Assembly (NCBI RefSeq): GCF_006345805.1
Contig: NC_043003.1
Span: forward strand, 98,208,001 to 98,272,000
Source of the DNA: Octopus sinensis
Lineage: Eukaryota
Direction: 5' to 3'
Length of the DNA: 64,000 nt
In this document: piece by piece, positions 1 through 12,839 of the stretch
How the letters are laid out: every line of letters begins with the position of its first letter
How positions within the stretch are numbered: the stretch's first letter is position 1
The notes under the pieces: generated by a model
Seen by the model: the letters and a program-made list of their open reading frames with translations, nothing else
What the model was told of the DNA's origin: nothing
The model's database searches: none
Translations under genes and position numbers: made by a program

Positions 1-208
1 ATATTCTGTAAACTTCTGTAATATATAACCATGGGTATGGGTATGCATTTATTTGTAGATAATTGTATATTTTAGAATACATGTGGTATTTGTAAGTGCA
101 TATCTTCCTACACTTGCATGTATGTGTTTGTAGATACGCGTGTATATATTTGTTGTATCAAGGAATGTATACACAATGTTGTATGAAAGAATGTATAAAC
201 ATTTATAC

Positions 209-210
<2 letters not shown>

Positions 211-295
<85 letters not shown>
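211..295. repeat. (TATC)n microsatellite, no insertion
   Basis: Direct read of about 21 TATC units. Confidence 0.98.
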
Positions 296-558
296 GTTTT
301 TCTGTCTGTCTGTCTTTCAATATACATGTATTTATGCATGAATGCGCAATTACGAAACCAAGTACTGATATTTTGAATGCATTGAACATGTACGTTTCAA
401 GTAGGTGAAATATTTCGCCTAGAGCGACTGAAGAGAATGGCATTTGCGCAACAATTTGATACGTAACTACTTTGAAACGTACGTATTAAATGCATTCAGG
501 ATATCAGTAACTGATCTCGTAATTATCCGTATATATATATATATATATATATATAAAT

Positions 559-735
559 ATATTTTCTCTCCTTGTTTCTCTCCGTGTTTCTTTTCTGTGT
601 ATCTTTCTGAAGAGCGTAGGCTCGAAACGTAAAAGATTTGCTTTATTTATATTCCTGAGCGCCATACTAATACAATTGTTTGATTGTACTCCACCTGCCT
701 TCGTCTTTTGTATATTTTCATAAAGCTTCCCGTTA
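559..735 (+). mobile_element. Short hammerhead-bearing dispersed repeat (Penelope pseudo-LTR-like), family H1
   Basis: About 180 bp unit between (TA)n tracts; homologous reverse copies at 19526-19712 and partially at 5336-5405; contains the hammerhead at 601-637. Confidence 0.65.
601..637 (+). ncRNA. Minimal type I hammerhead ribozyme motif
   Basis: ATCTTT-CTGAAGA-GCGTAGGCTC-GAAA-CGT-A-AAAGAT: 6-bp stem I, CUGANGA and GAAA cores, G-C closed stem II, palindromic ACGT stem III, GUA cleavage triplet. Confidence 0.75.
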
Positions 736-1079
736 TATATATATATACATACACACACATACATGCACGCGCACACGCACAAACACACATGCATACATAC
801 ATATATGTATATCCCTCAACTCCTCATCATTTATCGACCAAAAATCATCACAATTTCGATCCAATATATAATGTTCAGTTATATGTTGCTGGGATATAAA
901 TGAGCAGTTCGGAAAGACGTGCATGAAGTGACTTAAGACAAGTTCAACAAGAATTAAAAAAATACGAGATCTCTACACCGAACGGTGAAAGTCATGCTTG
1001 TATGTATTACTCTTTTACATTTTTACTTGTTTCAGTCATTTCACTGCGGCCATGCTGGAGCACCGTTTTCCACCGTTCG

Positions 1080-2263
1080 AAGCAGTCCTGGAACTCTTAC
1101 GAAGTGATGGTTTTTAACGCCTCCGTCGATTTTTCTTCACCTCTTCCCCGTCTGTAAAACATTTTCCTTTAACGACTTCTTTCTTTCGGGGAACAAGAAA
1201 ACGTCGCAGGGAGCAAGATCGCAGGGAACAAGAATAGGGAGCGTGGGTACATACCCACGCTCCCTATTCTTGCCATTTTTGGTCAAAAACTGATTCACGC
1301 TCAAGTCAGGCAGTGGGCGTAGGCGCATTATCACGATGAAACCACAACTCTCCACTTTGCTACAGGTCGGGGCGTTTTCGTCTCACTGTGTCTCGAAACG
1401 CTTCAGAACTGCTAAGTAAAATGTCTGGTTAACAGTTTGACCAGGAGGAACAAATGCTGTGTGAACAATTCCTTTCGCATCGATGAAGCAACATCGTCTT
1501 GATATTGGACTTCACTTGACGCGCACTTTTGGGTCGTGGTGACATTGATTGCTTCCATTGACTTGATTGCTACTTCGTTTCCGAATCGTAGGCGTAGCAC
1601 CAGCTTTCCTCAACAGTAATGGCATTCGAAAAAATATTCGGATCGACTTCCATCTGTTCATTCAGTCGTGACTGCTTTTGATCTTCAGTGAGAGATCAAG
1701 ACAAATTTGCTGCAGCTTTTTTCATTCGCAATTTCTCGCTCAAAATTCGTTAGCAGGAGCTCCAGGACACACCAGTCATATTAAAAAAGTTCGCCAGTTG
1801 TTTGGCGGTGGTCCTCCAAGTTCAATTCATTAATTTTCGTGATGTTTTCATTCGTTCGGGAGGTCGATGGCCGCCCTGAACGAAGTTGGTCTTCAAGCGA
1901 AAAGTGACTATTCCTAAAGCCTGAAAACCACTCCAGAATCTTTGTAAGCTGTTTGAAACATGAGAACTATTTCGGCCGCTGTTCCCCCCCCCCCCAGCAC
2001 CGCAGAAAACAGAATTTCACGGAAGCACGTTGTTCCTTCGTTTCAGCTATCGCAAAAATCGATGAACAGAGAAGCACTGCAAAACAAAGACGCACCATGT
2101 GGCAGTACGAGTCTAGCCGACGCCGCCAGTCGGTAGACTGATGCCTGAGGGTCGCATGAAGTGGCTTCTATCGCATGAAGTGGCTTCTAGCGATTGAAGC
2201 CTGAACAACAACGGGTTCGTCCCACAGAAAACTTTTCCGGTTTCTTTTGGGTACATCCTCGTT
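1080..2263 (-). mobile_element. Degenerate mariner (DD34D-type) transposon
   Basis: Minus-strand peptides EQRASVKFCF (N-terminal HTH), LEDQLRSGRPSTS, WFHRDNAP, DLAPCDVFLFP; terminus ACGAGGATGTACCC at about 2263; many stops and frameshifts. Confidence 0.85.
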
Positions 2264-2490
2264 TCTATTGAAGTGACCTAGCGATTCTTGCCGGTATTTG
2301 ATACTACCTTAGTATGAAAATCTGGCCTCTTCAGTTGTAATTTCAGCCAATAAATGAATGTATAATACTCGAATACAAGCAGTCACGCAAAGACAACCCT
2401 CCCCCACATGCAAACACATACAAACACAGCTATAACATACATACAACACACAGACGGACAGTTCTTCATATGCATATTTAATATATAGGA

Positions 2491-2807
2491 GCACTCCGTC
2501 GGTTACGACGACGAGGGTCCCAGCTGATACGATCAACGGAACAGCTTGCTCGTGAAATTAACGTGCAAGTGACTGAGCAATCCACAGACACGAGTACCCT
2601 TAACGTAGTTCTCAGGAAGATTCAGCGTGACACAGAGTGGGACAAGGCCGGCCCTTTGAAATACAGGTAAAACTCATTTTTGCCAGCTGAGTGGACTGGA
2701 GCAACGTGAAATAAAGTGTCTTGCTCAAGGACACAACGCATCGCCGGGAATCGAACTCACGACCTTACAATCGTCAGTCGAATGCCCTAACCACTAAGCC
2801 ACGCGCC
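2491..2807 (-). mobile_element. tRNA-derived SINE (head A, tail A)
   Basis: tRNA-like A/B boxes (TGGCTTAGTGG, GTTCGATTCC) followed by GTGTCCTTGAGCAAGACACTT core; other copies at 4553, 10065, 37590. Confidence 0.85.
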
Positions 2808-3211
2808 TTCACATATTTAATGTATTAACTGAGAGGAATTACTCGTTGTCATTAGGAGCATGAATTTAAATAACAAGAAGGAATACAATTATACTAAATA
2901 CTAGAAAATATCTCGTTTTATTAAAATCTGTTTGCTCCGAGAGAAAAGAATGTGTCACAGCTCTGAGCGGCAACTCCAGCTAACTCGGCATGAGAAAAGG
3001 AAATAAACATAAGCGATCAATAGTACAGTGGAATTAACGTGCCATTAAGAAAACTGTTTATTCCGTTTTTTTTTTATTAAAATTGTTTTCATTGTTTATT
3101 CTGGTGTAAAAACACATTTTCTTAATGACATGTTAGTTCTGTGAACATGTGTTTCTTCACAACGTTGTCCTACACAGAATTTCTCCAGACATAAGATTTC
3201 ATTAATATAGT

Positions 3212-3760
3212 CCTTGGATAATTTGCATAAATAAAACAATAATGAGCTAAAAGAAACACCTCAAAGTGGCCATTTGAAGAACAAGAACAAAGAAGGGCAT
3301 ACGAATGTCATACATGATAATTTCGAAATATTCCAGGCATCAGACTACTCAAGAGCTATAATCAAAAAGACGATAGCATATTTATGCCCTTGGATAATTA
3401 GATTAAGTAAAACAATAGTGAGCTAAAAGACACACCTCAAAGTGGCTAGTGGTATAAATATCGAGGGCGGCGAGCTGGCAGAAACGTTAGCACGCCGGCC
3501 GAAATGCGTAGCCGTATTTCGTCTGCCGCTACGTTCTGAGTTCAAATTCCGCCGAGGTCGACTTTGCCTTTCATCCTTTCGGGGTCGATAAATTAAGTAC
3601 CAGTTACGCACTGGGGTCGATGTAATCGACTTAATCCGTTTGTCTGTCCTTGTTTGCCCTCTCTGTGTTTAGCCCCTTGTGGGTAGTAAAGAAATAGGTA
3701 TAAATATCGAGAACGAGGACAAAGAAAGGCATACGAATGCTATAGAAGATAATTTCGAAG
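3212..3760. repeat. 176-bp tandem duplication, second unit interrupted by a SINE
   Basis: CCTTGGATAAT...AAAACAAT..TGAGCTAAAAGA..CACCTCAAAGTGGC at 3212 and 3388; second unit resumes at about 3712. Confidence 0.75.
3466..3696 (+). mobile_element. tRNA-derived SINE (head E, Tx1-like tail) with 15-bp TSD
   Basis: GGTATAAATATCGAG at 3451-3465 and 3697-3711; B-box GAGTTCAAATTCC; homologous copy at 43101-43323. Confidence 0.9.
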
Positions 3761-3766
3761 TATATA

Positions 3767-4290
3767 CAGGGTGCTTGGACTAAATTTAACGAGTCTTTTA
3801 TCTGTCTCCTTCTTTTTTGCGGAACAACTTGATTCATTGATGAGGAATTACCGTCGTTGGAGAACATAAGGATTAAAGTTGTAGTTGAGAAAAATTTTGC
3901 TCGCATGGAAGACTGGAAGCCACCAGAATATTGGCAAAGAGTTTCCTGTATGATGATGACTCGCGCGGGTTATGAGAATGATGGCATCATGACTGCTATT
4001 CAATGCTATGCTAACACTGTAAAGGTTATAAGACGTGACATGGACATCATAAAAATCAAGTCCCCACAAACTGAGATGGTGTTTGGGTGTATTTCCAGTA
4101 AGGGCGACATCATGCCGCCCCACATTTGTGAACAGGGCTTTAGGTTCAATTCAGACGGCTATGTTTCTGGAGATTGAAGTCTCTAGAGACTGCAGTCAAA
4201 CTAGCTGGAGAGGGTTGCTGTAGGGAGGCCATTTGTATGGCAGCAGGATTCGACGCCTTGCACTACCCCCGGAAAGCGTCAGAAATAGTT
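3767..4290 (+). mobile_element. maT/DD37D-like Tc1-mariner remnant
   Basis: TA|CAGGGTG terminus; peptide SPQTEMVFGCISSKGDIMPPHICEQGFRFNSDGYV..LETAVK resembles maT transposase (VMVFG..SSEG..MPPH). Confidence 0.75.
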
Positions 4291-4343
4291 ATCGGAGAAT
4301 TTCTGACTTCATCATCCCCACTACTACTACTACTACTATACTA

Positions 4344-4503
<160 letters not shown>

Positions 4504-4552
4504 GTGTGTGTGTGTGTGTATGTATATAGTTATAAATTTAGTGCTTGTACGA

Positions 4553-4850
4553 AGGCGCGTGGCACAGTGGTTGGAGTGTTACTCTGACGATCGCAATTCC
4601 AGGGTTTCGATAAACTGACTGTTGGTGCATTGTGTTCTTGAACAAGTCATTTCATTTTCCTTTCCTCCAGTCCACTAAGAAGTAAATGAGTAATTCTGGA
4701 ACGAGATGGCGTTCTACTGAGTGGTGACGTAGCTCTGCTCGCGTAGCCAAACGGGTAGCTTCATTTGAAGGCCACAACAATGCGCATTCTGGCATTGTAA
4801 TCGGCAGTGTCCAACTACTTTTGATTGTCTGATCGATATAGTGATACACA
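4553..4850 (+). mobile_element. Degenerate tRNA-derived SINE (head A)
   Basis: GGCGCGTGGCACAGTGGTT...TTGTGTTCTTGAACAAGTCATTTC resembles the 2491-2807 copy. Confidence 0.6.
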
Positions 4851-4865
4851 CAGACGCACATATGG

Positions 4866-4908
<43 letters not shown>

Positions 4909-4946
4909 ATCTCTCTCTCTCACACACACAATATATATATATATAT

Positions 4947-4978
<32 letters not shown>

Positions 4979-5012
4979 ATATATATAATATATATATATA
5001 TATGTGTGTGTG

Positions 5013-5149
<137 letters not shown>

Positions 5150-5986
5150 TAAATATTTGTTGTGCAAGATTTTTTATGTGAAGTCGTGTGTTGAAACAGA
5201 TATTGTTATATTTCGGAATGTAAAAAATAAATATCACTGAAGCAAAATAACACCAAATATATGGTGCGTGTGTTTTTATTGGCTAAACTGGCAATATGAC
5301 CATTCCGAAATATAACTATATATATATATATATATAACGGGAAGCTTTATGAAAATAAACAAAAGACGAAGGCAGGTGGAAAACAAACGAACAATTGTAT
5401 TAGTATATATATACATACATACAAATATGTATATATGTGTATGTGTGTGTGCATGAATGTATGTACGTATGCATGTATATACGTATGTATGTGTACACGC
5501 GCGTGTCCGTGCGTTTATATGCTGTATTAACAACAAAAACTAAAATCTCCTCCTCACAACATGTTCGGTATAAAACTGGAATAGGTCACAGCGTTTTCGA
5601 AAATAATGTCGAATGTATTATTAATTCTAAATATAGGTGAATTCAATTTCGCTTCTGCAGGTTCGCGAAACCATGGCTAATGGAAATTGCAGATAGTATT
5701 TAAAGGAATACATCCCCGTGTAGCCGTATTTTATTTTATCAATTTATTTATCTATTTTCTTTTAATCTGCGAAGTTTGTCACTAGGCTTATTTTTTCTAC
5801 CAGCCCTATATGCCTGAGAAGACTGGAATTATTATTGTCACTATCCCTCTTTGGGGACATCCATATCATTATTTTGTTTTAATATTTTTGTCTTTAAAAT
5901 TTTATCTCAGCTTTATGTCTTTTTTGGTAGGAATTTCTTTTCTTTACTCTATGTAACAAAACCCGGCTACATTTTCTTAACTCGTA

Positions 5987-6235
5987 TTTGTAGTTATGTT
6001 CTTGGTTCTGGAGTATTTTTACATTATATCTTTACTTACTGATTCGTTTTGCTTGATATTACATTTATATTGCAATAAGTTACATCGACCAAACGTTCCC
6101 TGAATTTGATTAATATTTTGTACTATCGTCAAAAGTTTAATTTGCAGCATATTTGAAAGTATGTATGTATGTATGTTTGTATGTAAGTAAAGATATAATG
6201 TAAAAATACTCCAGAACCAAGAACATTACTACAAA
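5987..6235. repeat. 53-bp inverted repeat (1 mismatch), 143-bp spacer
   Basis: 5987-6039 is the reverse complement of 6183-6235; a separate perfect 24-bp palindrome AATTGAAGAACATGTTCTTCAATT lies at 6235-6258. Confidence 0.9.
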
Positions 6236-6465
6236 ATTGAAGAACATGTTCTTCAATTCTTCCTTTGAATAAGGAGCAAGTTTCTTGCAAAAATACAAAG
6301 CTCCTACGTTGGAATGTAGATCACTAAAATAAGGTCACATGTTAAACCCGAGAAAAGTCTTGAATAGTTTTACAGTTCCGCTTACAGATTGTATTAGTAA
6401 TGTGTGAGTCAGTTGGTTGATTTCTTTTTTCTGAAAATCCAAGCTTAGCCAGACTGACAGTTAGG

Positions 6466-7260
6466 CATGTATGTATGTATGTATGTATGTATGTATGTAT
6501 GTATGTATGTATGTATGTATGTATGTATGTATGTATGTATGCATGCATGCATGTATGTATGTATGTATGATGTATGTATGTATGTATGTAGTATGTATGT
6601 ATGTATGTATGTATGTAGTATGTATGTATGTATGTATGCATGAATGCATGTATGTATATACGTATGTATGCGTGCAGATTTGTATGTTTTACTTTATATA
6701 TGTATTTTCATGCATATAGTTGCATATCTAGACATGCTCATATATGTATTTAAATGATAAACTTCTGGAATGTTTTACAGTTTTTTACAGTTCCAGTGAT
6801 GGATTCGATCTGTAGTCTTCGAATTAGCTTGATGTAGGTATGTATGTAAGTATGTATGTATGTATGTATGTATGTATGTATGTATGTATGTATGTATGTA
6901 TGTATGTATGTATGTATGTATGTATGTATGTATATGCATGTATGTCTGGAACTCGGCTGAGGATAGAAAACTCCGAATGACTCGTCCTTGTTTCTCTTGT
7001 ATCGTCTGTCTGTATATTTTGTTTTCCTTTTTTTGTTTCACCTAACTGTCTGGATGTTTTGCGTTCTTGTCCCATTTTTGTATTTTTTATATATAAAATA
7101 TAGGGGCGTACGTACACTTTGGTCGCTTATATGTAAGTATATAAATATGTAAGTATATAAATATGCAAATATATACATACGTACGTACTTACGTATGTAT
7201 GTATGTATGTATGTATGTATGTATGTATGTATGTATGTATGTATGTATGTATATATGTAA
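6466..7260. repeat. Three (ATGT)n arrays separated by unique sequence
   Basis: Arrays at about 6466-6660, 6836-6945, 7180-7260. Confidence 0.9.
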
Positions 7261-7860
7261 GCATATATGCAAATACACATATTGTTTTATTAATAATGTT
7301 TATTCGCTTATAAATTCCGCTAAGATATTTATGTATTTACATTTGTAGATGTTTCTATACGTGTGTATGAGTTTGTGTGTGTTTGTGTGTATGTGTATGT
7401 CTGTTTTTTTATTTTATATTTTATTTTATTTTATATGTCATTTGAAATTCTGAAAAATACAAAATTAATTATTGTGTGAGCAAGGCCACAAGTATGGCGG
7501 TATTAAGGTGTTTAAGTGAGGAAATTGAGATTAATCAGCAGAAAATGGAACATCAAAATGGCGACATTTTTTAAAACAACCGAAAGCGGGAAGACAGAAT
7601 TAGAAACAGAAACATACCCATGTACGTGCGCGTACACACACATAATGCACACTACATACACACACACATATGCGCGCGTATGAACACACATATATACACA
7701 TGCAAACACACGCATGCATACATATGTATATAAAAATATGAAGTATGTACGAAACAAATAAAACGTCTACAATAATATCCTCATACAAAAATCTCGAAAT
7801 AGAATTGTTTATCAATAAAAATAACAATAATAATAATAATAATAATAATAATAGTAATAG

Positions 7861-7919
<59 letters not shown>

Positions 7920-8150
7920 TAGAGTGATACAAATTGCAATGATAGTATGCAATCTTGTTATTGTAGCAATAATAGGAATAAAGAATTACAATATCATAAA
8001 AGACTAGTTGAGAGATGACAGATAAAAAAAAATGTATGATGAACATGTGCGAAGGAGAATGAGACGCAATGAGAGGGGGGGAGGAAGGAAAGGAAAGAGA
8101 CAGGATGAGTAATGGATAGAGAGTTGAAAGGGTGGTCGAGAGTGAGATAT

Positions 8151-8188
<38 letters not shown>

Positions 8189-8266
8189 AGAAAAACAAGC
8201 AGACGGAGAGAAGAAAGATAAGCAATAATTACAATAACGACACATACGCGCTCTCACAGGCATACC

Positions 8267-8349
<83 letters not shown>

Positions 8350-8393
8350 GTATATGTATATATCTATATATATGTATATATATAATGTATATG

Positions 8394-8459
<66 letters not shown>

Positions 8460-8689
8460 TATATATATATATGGTATGTATGTATTTATATATGTTTAAA
8501 CGTATATATAAACTGAGCCACAAAAGAAACATCGTGCACACATACTAAATAGAAACCGGTTTATTAACATACTATTATAGCACTGATTGGAGTGTGCTAA
8601 TTAAGAAACCATTTTCTCCTAATGATAAAACGTAATTTCCTGAAATATGTTCGACTTCAGATGGTGTCACGTGATGACGGAATGTCCTG

Positions 8690-9240
8690 GATCCAAATAG
8701 ATGAACTCAATATCTTGAGTGACCACCGTTAACGTTGATTTTACCGCCAGGCATCTTCTGTACATTGAATGCATCAAACAATTGATGAAGGCCAGGGAGA
8801 TAGCAGCCCACACTCTGAAAAATTGCTGTAACTTGTGCCGCAGTTGTCGGCTTTGGGCGGATGTCATTTAGCCCTGTTTGGATTTCTTATTCAACGGATC
8901 CGCAACCCGGACGGAGAAAGCCCCTCTCCTTCGATTGAGATGAAATCATCGCAGATAGAGCTTTTCGGAGTGACCCCGCAGCCGACGCTCTGGAGCAGGA
9001 GTGAAGAACAGCTCTTTCGAGAGGTTACACTTTCCGCTTATGATGTTGTGAGCGAGAATGAGATCACCACGGCGTCGTCGTTTTTCTAGAGAATAAAGGT
9101 CGAGCGTCTTCAGCCTTTCTTCATAAGACAAATGCTTGAGACCAAGAACCATGCAGGTAGCCAGCTTCTGGACTCTTTGGAGATGATGTATGTCTTTGAG
9201 GAGATAAGGAGAAGAGGCTTGAATCTTTTCGTGGTATGTG
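8690..9240 (-). mobile_element. CR1-clade LINE 3' fragment
   Basis: SPYLLKDIHHLQRVQKLATCMV.GLKHLSYEERLKTLDLYSLEKRRRRGDLI...RGHSEKL..RFHLNRRRGAFSVRV matches the CR1 ORF2 C-terminus. Confidence 0.9.
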
Positions 9241-9290
9241 AAACAAAAAAAATTTTTTGCAGTGCGACATTTCTTTTGTAGTTCAGCACG

Positions 9291-9369
<79 letters not shown>

Positions 9370-11067
9370 AGTGGTGCTTAATTAAACTAGAATTAAATAA
9401 CACCAACAACATCATCATCAACAGCAACAAACAAACAGACAACGAAAGAAGAAATGAAAACTTTTAGTTATGAAATTGTGAATGATGTGTTAGAGTAGTA
9501 GTAGTAGTAGTAGTAGTTTTGTTGTTGTAGTGGTGGTAATGGTGGTAGCTGTAATAGTCGAATTAAACAACAATAACATTTATGCAACAACAAAAGTAGT
9601 TTCAAAAACGGAAATATTTTTGATATTTTTTTAACGAAATTAAACGTAGTTTCACAACAGAAGTTACTTATGAAATAAAGGTGCCTAGCATTGCTTGAGA
9701 CACTCTACCCTCAATTTCTTGATGGAGTCGTATGAACACTGTAGTCACATACAGTGTGTTTTAAGGATATTTTAATTATTTCTGGTGGAGCCTTTCCCTC
9801 TCTCGCCAAAGTGAGACAAACAACTTCCTTCAGAAGAGAGAAATTGAGACAGACAGAAAAGAAGGGAAGAGATAAAATGTAGGGATATAAGTTAAGGCTT
9901 GTTATTTTATTTATCGACCACGAAAAATGGAAGTCAAAATTGTCTTCGACTGAGTTCGAACTTACAGAGGAGAGGACCGGAAAGTATATAATCGGACGCT
10001 CTAACGACTCTGCTAGCCGGCCGCCTTGTTAAAGCTTGCTCCACATTAAATGTTAAAGTGCGTGGTGTAGTGGTCAGGGTGTTACATTCACAATCGCAAA
10101 ATCATGGTTTCAATTCTGGACCGGGAGATGTGTTGTGTTCTTGATTTAAGGCACCCTATTTTCACGTTGCTCATGCCCACTCAGGTGTAAATTACCTGCA
10201 ATGGAATGGCATCCCGTTCACTTGGTGAATACTAGGATTAGAAACAGACTTCACAACTTTATTTACTACACATTATTAAAAGGGGCTTTGATCTTGTTTT
10301 GGTAACAACAATAAGGCGCAGAATAAATAAGTATGCTAATAAACAAATATATAGATAAAAGTTAAAATACGACTGCTAACGGACTTGTAGAGATGAAACG
10401 TAACAGCATAATGTAGAGAAAAAAAATCAGTCGATAAATTTCATTTAAAAATTCACAGAAGTGAGATGAAAAGTTTATGGGAATATAACTAAAAAAAAAA
10501 GAAGCGGAGAACTGTTGAATGTATTTATGGACTTTAATATGACTCTTCCAAACAATAACAGTGTTGGTTTCAGCACAGAGTATTAAATAAATATTCTTTC
10601 ATAACATATGATACACACACACGCACACACTCACACACACACATACACACACACAGAGCAAATTACACATGTACTTTGCAATGAATATATACTCTAAGAA
10701 GTGAAACCGGTGTGTAATTAGGTACTATAAAATATTTAGTCATGTATTTACGTAATTAAGTACTTTAGAGTGTCTAATAATGTATTTTGAAATGATTTCA
10801 ATGTAGAAATGTACATTGGAATACGTAATTTGAGAATGATTTGATTGTAATAGTATTCGAATTAAGTAAGTGTAATGTATGTCATTTCCTTTTAATTACA
10901 ATTTCTTTGTATCTACCGACATATGTGGGGTATTATTAATATTATATGTATACATACAAACAAACACACACACACACAGACATATATACATAAACATTTG
11001 TGTGCATATATAAGTGTGTGTTTTTGTGTTTGTGAACACATTCACACGCACATATATATGCGCTTGC

Positions 11068-11112
<45 letters not shown>

Positions 11113-11115
11113 ACA

Positions 11116-11187
<72 letters not shown>

Positions 11188-11189
<2 letters not shown>

Positions 11190-11488
11190 ATCACCGTGAC
11201 CGACCAGGCCATCAGATGTTGTTGCGCATCGCTGGTCACAATGCGCTTCGCATTGTTTTAGCCTTCAAATGACGCCACCCCGCGGCTAAGCGAGCAGGCC
11301 AACAGAAGAAAGAGTGAGAGAAAGTTGTGGCGAAAGAGTACAGCAGGGATCGCCCCCCCCTGCCGGAGCTCTCGTGGAGCTTTAGGTGTTTTCGCTCAAT
11401 AAACACTCACAAAGCCCGGTCTGGGAATCGAAACCGCGATCCTACGACCGCGAGTCCGCTGCCCAAACCACTGGGCCATTGCGCCTCC
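11188..11488 (-). mobile_element. tRNA-derived SINE (head B, tail B)
   Basis: Head GGAGGCGCAATGGCCCAGTGG...GTTTCGATTCCCAGACCGGG; near-identical organisation at 52990-53287. Confidence 0.9.
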
Positions 11489-11489
11489 A

Positions 11490-12242
11490 CATAAATATGA
11501 GTATGTACACACACATCTATGTATTTGTATATGTATACACATAAATATATAGTTACGGTACATTCTGTAAATAACGTAGTAGAGTATAGTATAGAGTTCA
11601 TCCACCTTCAGAGTTACCCTTTGCTATCGAATAGTAGCATTATACCTACTTCCATGTTTGCGTTTGGGCATCTGTCATGTGTGAATAGGTAAATGAAAAA
11701 ACTGGAGTCAACAAGAATGGGTGCGGTTGGACGTTTATTTTTCAATCACTACAATTGTTTCGACGTAACGTAGTTCTCTAGGTGTGCAGGTACTTGATTA
11801 TGCAACTGTTTCCCTGCATTATGAGATCTAGTTGTTTTTCCTCAGGCGATATGTAGATGTTTTCTCCGTAAGTTTAAAATCTTAGGCTTCAAAAGCATCC
11901 TATCTGTCTGTCGTGGGTTGAATATATATATGTCGTGGGTTGAATATATATACGTCGAAACAATTGTAGTGATTGAAAAATAAACGTCCAACAGCACCCC
12001 TTCTTGTTGACTCCAGTTTTTTTCATTTATCTATTCACACATGACAGATGCCCAAACGCAAACATGGAAGTACGTATAATGCTACTATCCGATAGCACAG
12101 GGTAACTCTGAAGGTGGATAAGCTCTATACTATACTCTACTACGTTATTTACAGAATATACCATAACTATATATTTATGTGTATACTTATACAAGTACAT
12201 AGATGTGTGTGTGTGTGTGTGTGTATACATACTCATATTTAT
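11490..12242. repeat. About 280-bp inverted duplication with ~180-bp spacer
   Basis: 11490-11767 is the reverse complement of about 11950-12242 with scattered substitutions. Confidence 0.9.
11745..11850 (-). ncRNA. Type I hammerhead motif, family H2 (stem II degenerate)
   Basis: Minus strand ATCGC-CTGAGGA-(about 80 nt)-GTC-GAAA-CAATTG-TA-GTGAT. Confidence 0.5.
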
Positions 12243-12839
12243 GCGTGTATGGGGGGTTATAATTATGAGGAAATTAACATAGATTTGCATGGAAGAACTA
12301 TTGTTTTCCAACATCATTTCATTTGTACCTCTTGTAACGATGGACATCGCTCTGGTATACTTTATATCCTCTTCAACATTTCGTCGAGCACTTTAGAGTA
12401 GATTTATCTCAATTTTATACCAATTAAGACCGCTACTTGACTAGTATGCGTATATGTTTAACCTAATTGATTTATTAATGCATTTGTATGAACCAATTGG
12501 CCACTTTACAGTCATAAAATAGGCCTCCTAAGTGGATTTGATTAGAATTGTTGCTACTTCACGAACGATAACTCATCTCGTTTTGATAGGTTCAATGATG
12601 AGCTAAGACTGAAAGCTTACTGCAACTATAAAAAATCTTGCTGCCGAATCCGCTCGCTTCAGAAACCAGCTGCTGACGCAAGATAATTCGTATAAACTTC
12701 ACATTGTCCTAGTATCATAAATATTTGTCAACAAGATAATTTCAGATATTTAACCCCAATAACCAAAAGCGTTCTAGCTGTGACTATTTATTTCAGTTAC
12801 AGTTCCATTATTCAAAACTTTTCTTTTAAGACAGGACTT

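Noticed and set aside
2740-2807. tRNA-like sequences (also 11420-11488, 13190-13256, 53215-53287, 49828-49890)
   Set aside because: They have A/B boxes but run directly into SINE bodies and lack a complete acceptor stem; these are SINE heads, not tRNA genes.
3857-4177. 106-aa ORF as a host gene
   Set aside because: Its C-terminal half is maT transposase and it lies inside a TA|CAGGGTG-bounded remnant.
6160-7330. (ATGT)n blocks alternating with unique spacers, superficially CRISPR-like (likewise the 34-bp array at 53803)
   Set aside because: Eukaryotic context, variable repeat length, irregular spacers and no cas genes.
7490-7565. Two YY1-like ATGGCG motifs
   Set aside because: No other promoter or exon evidence nearby; two short motifs are insufficient.
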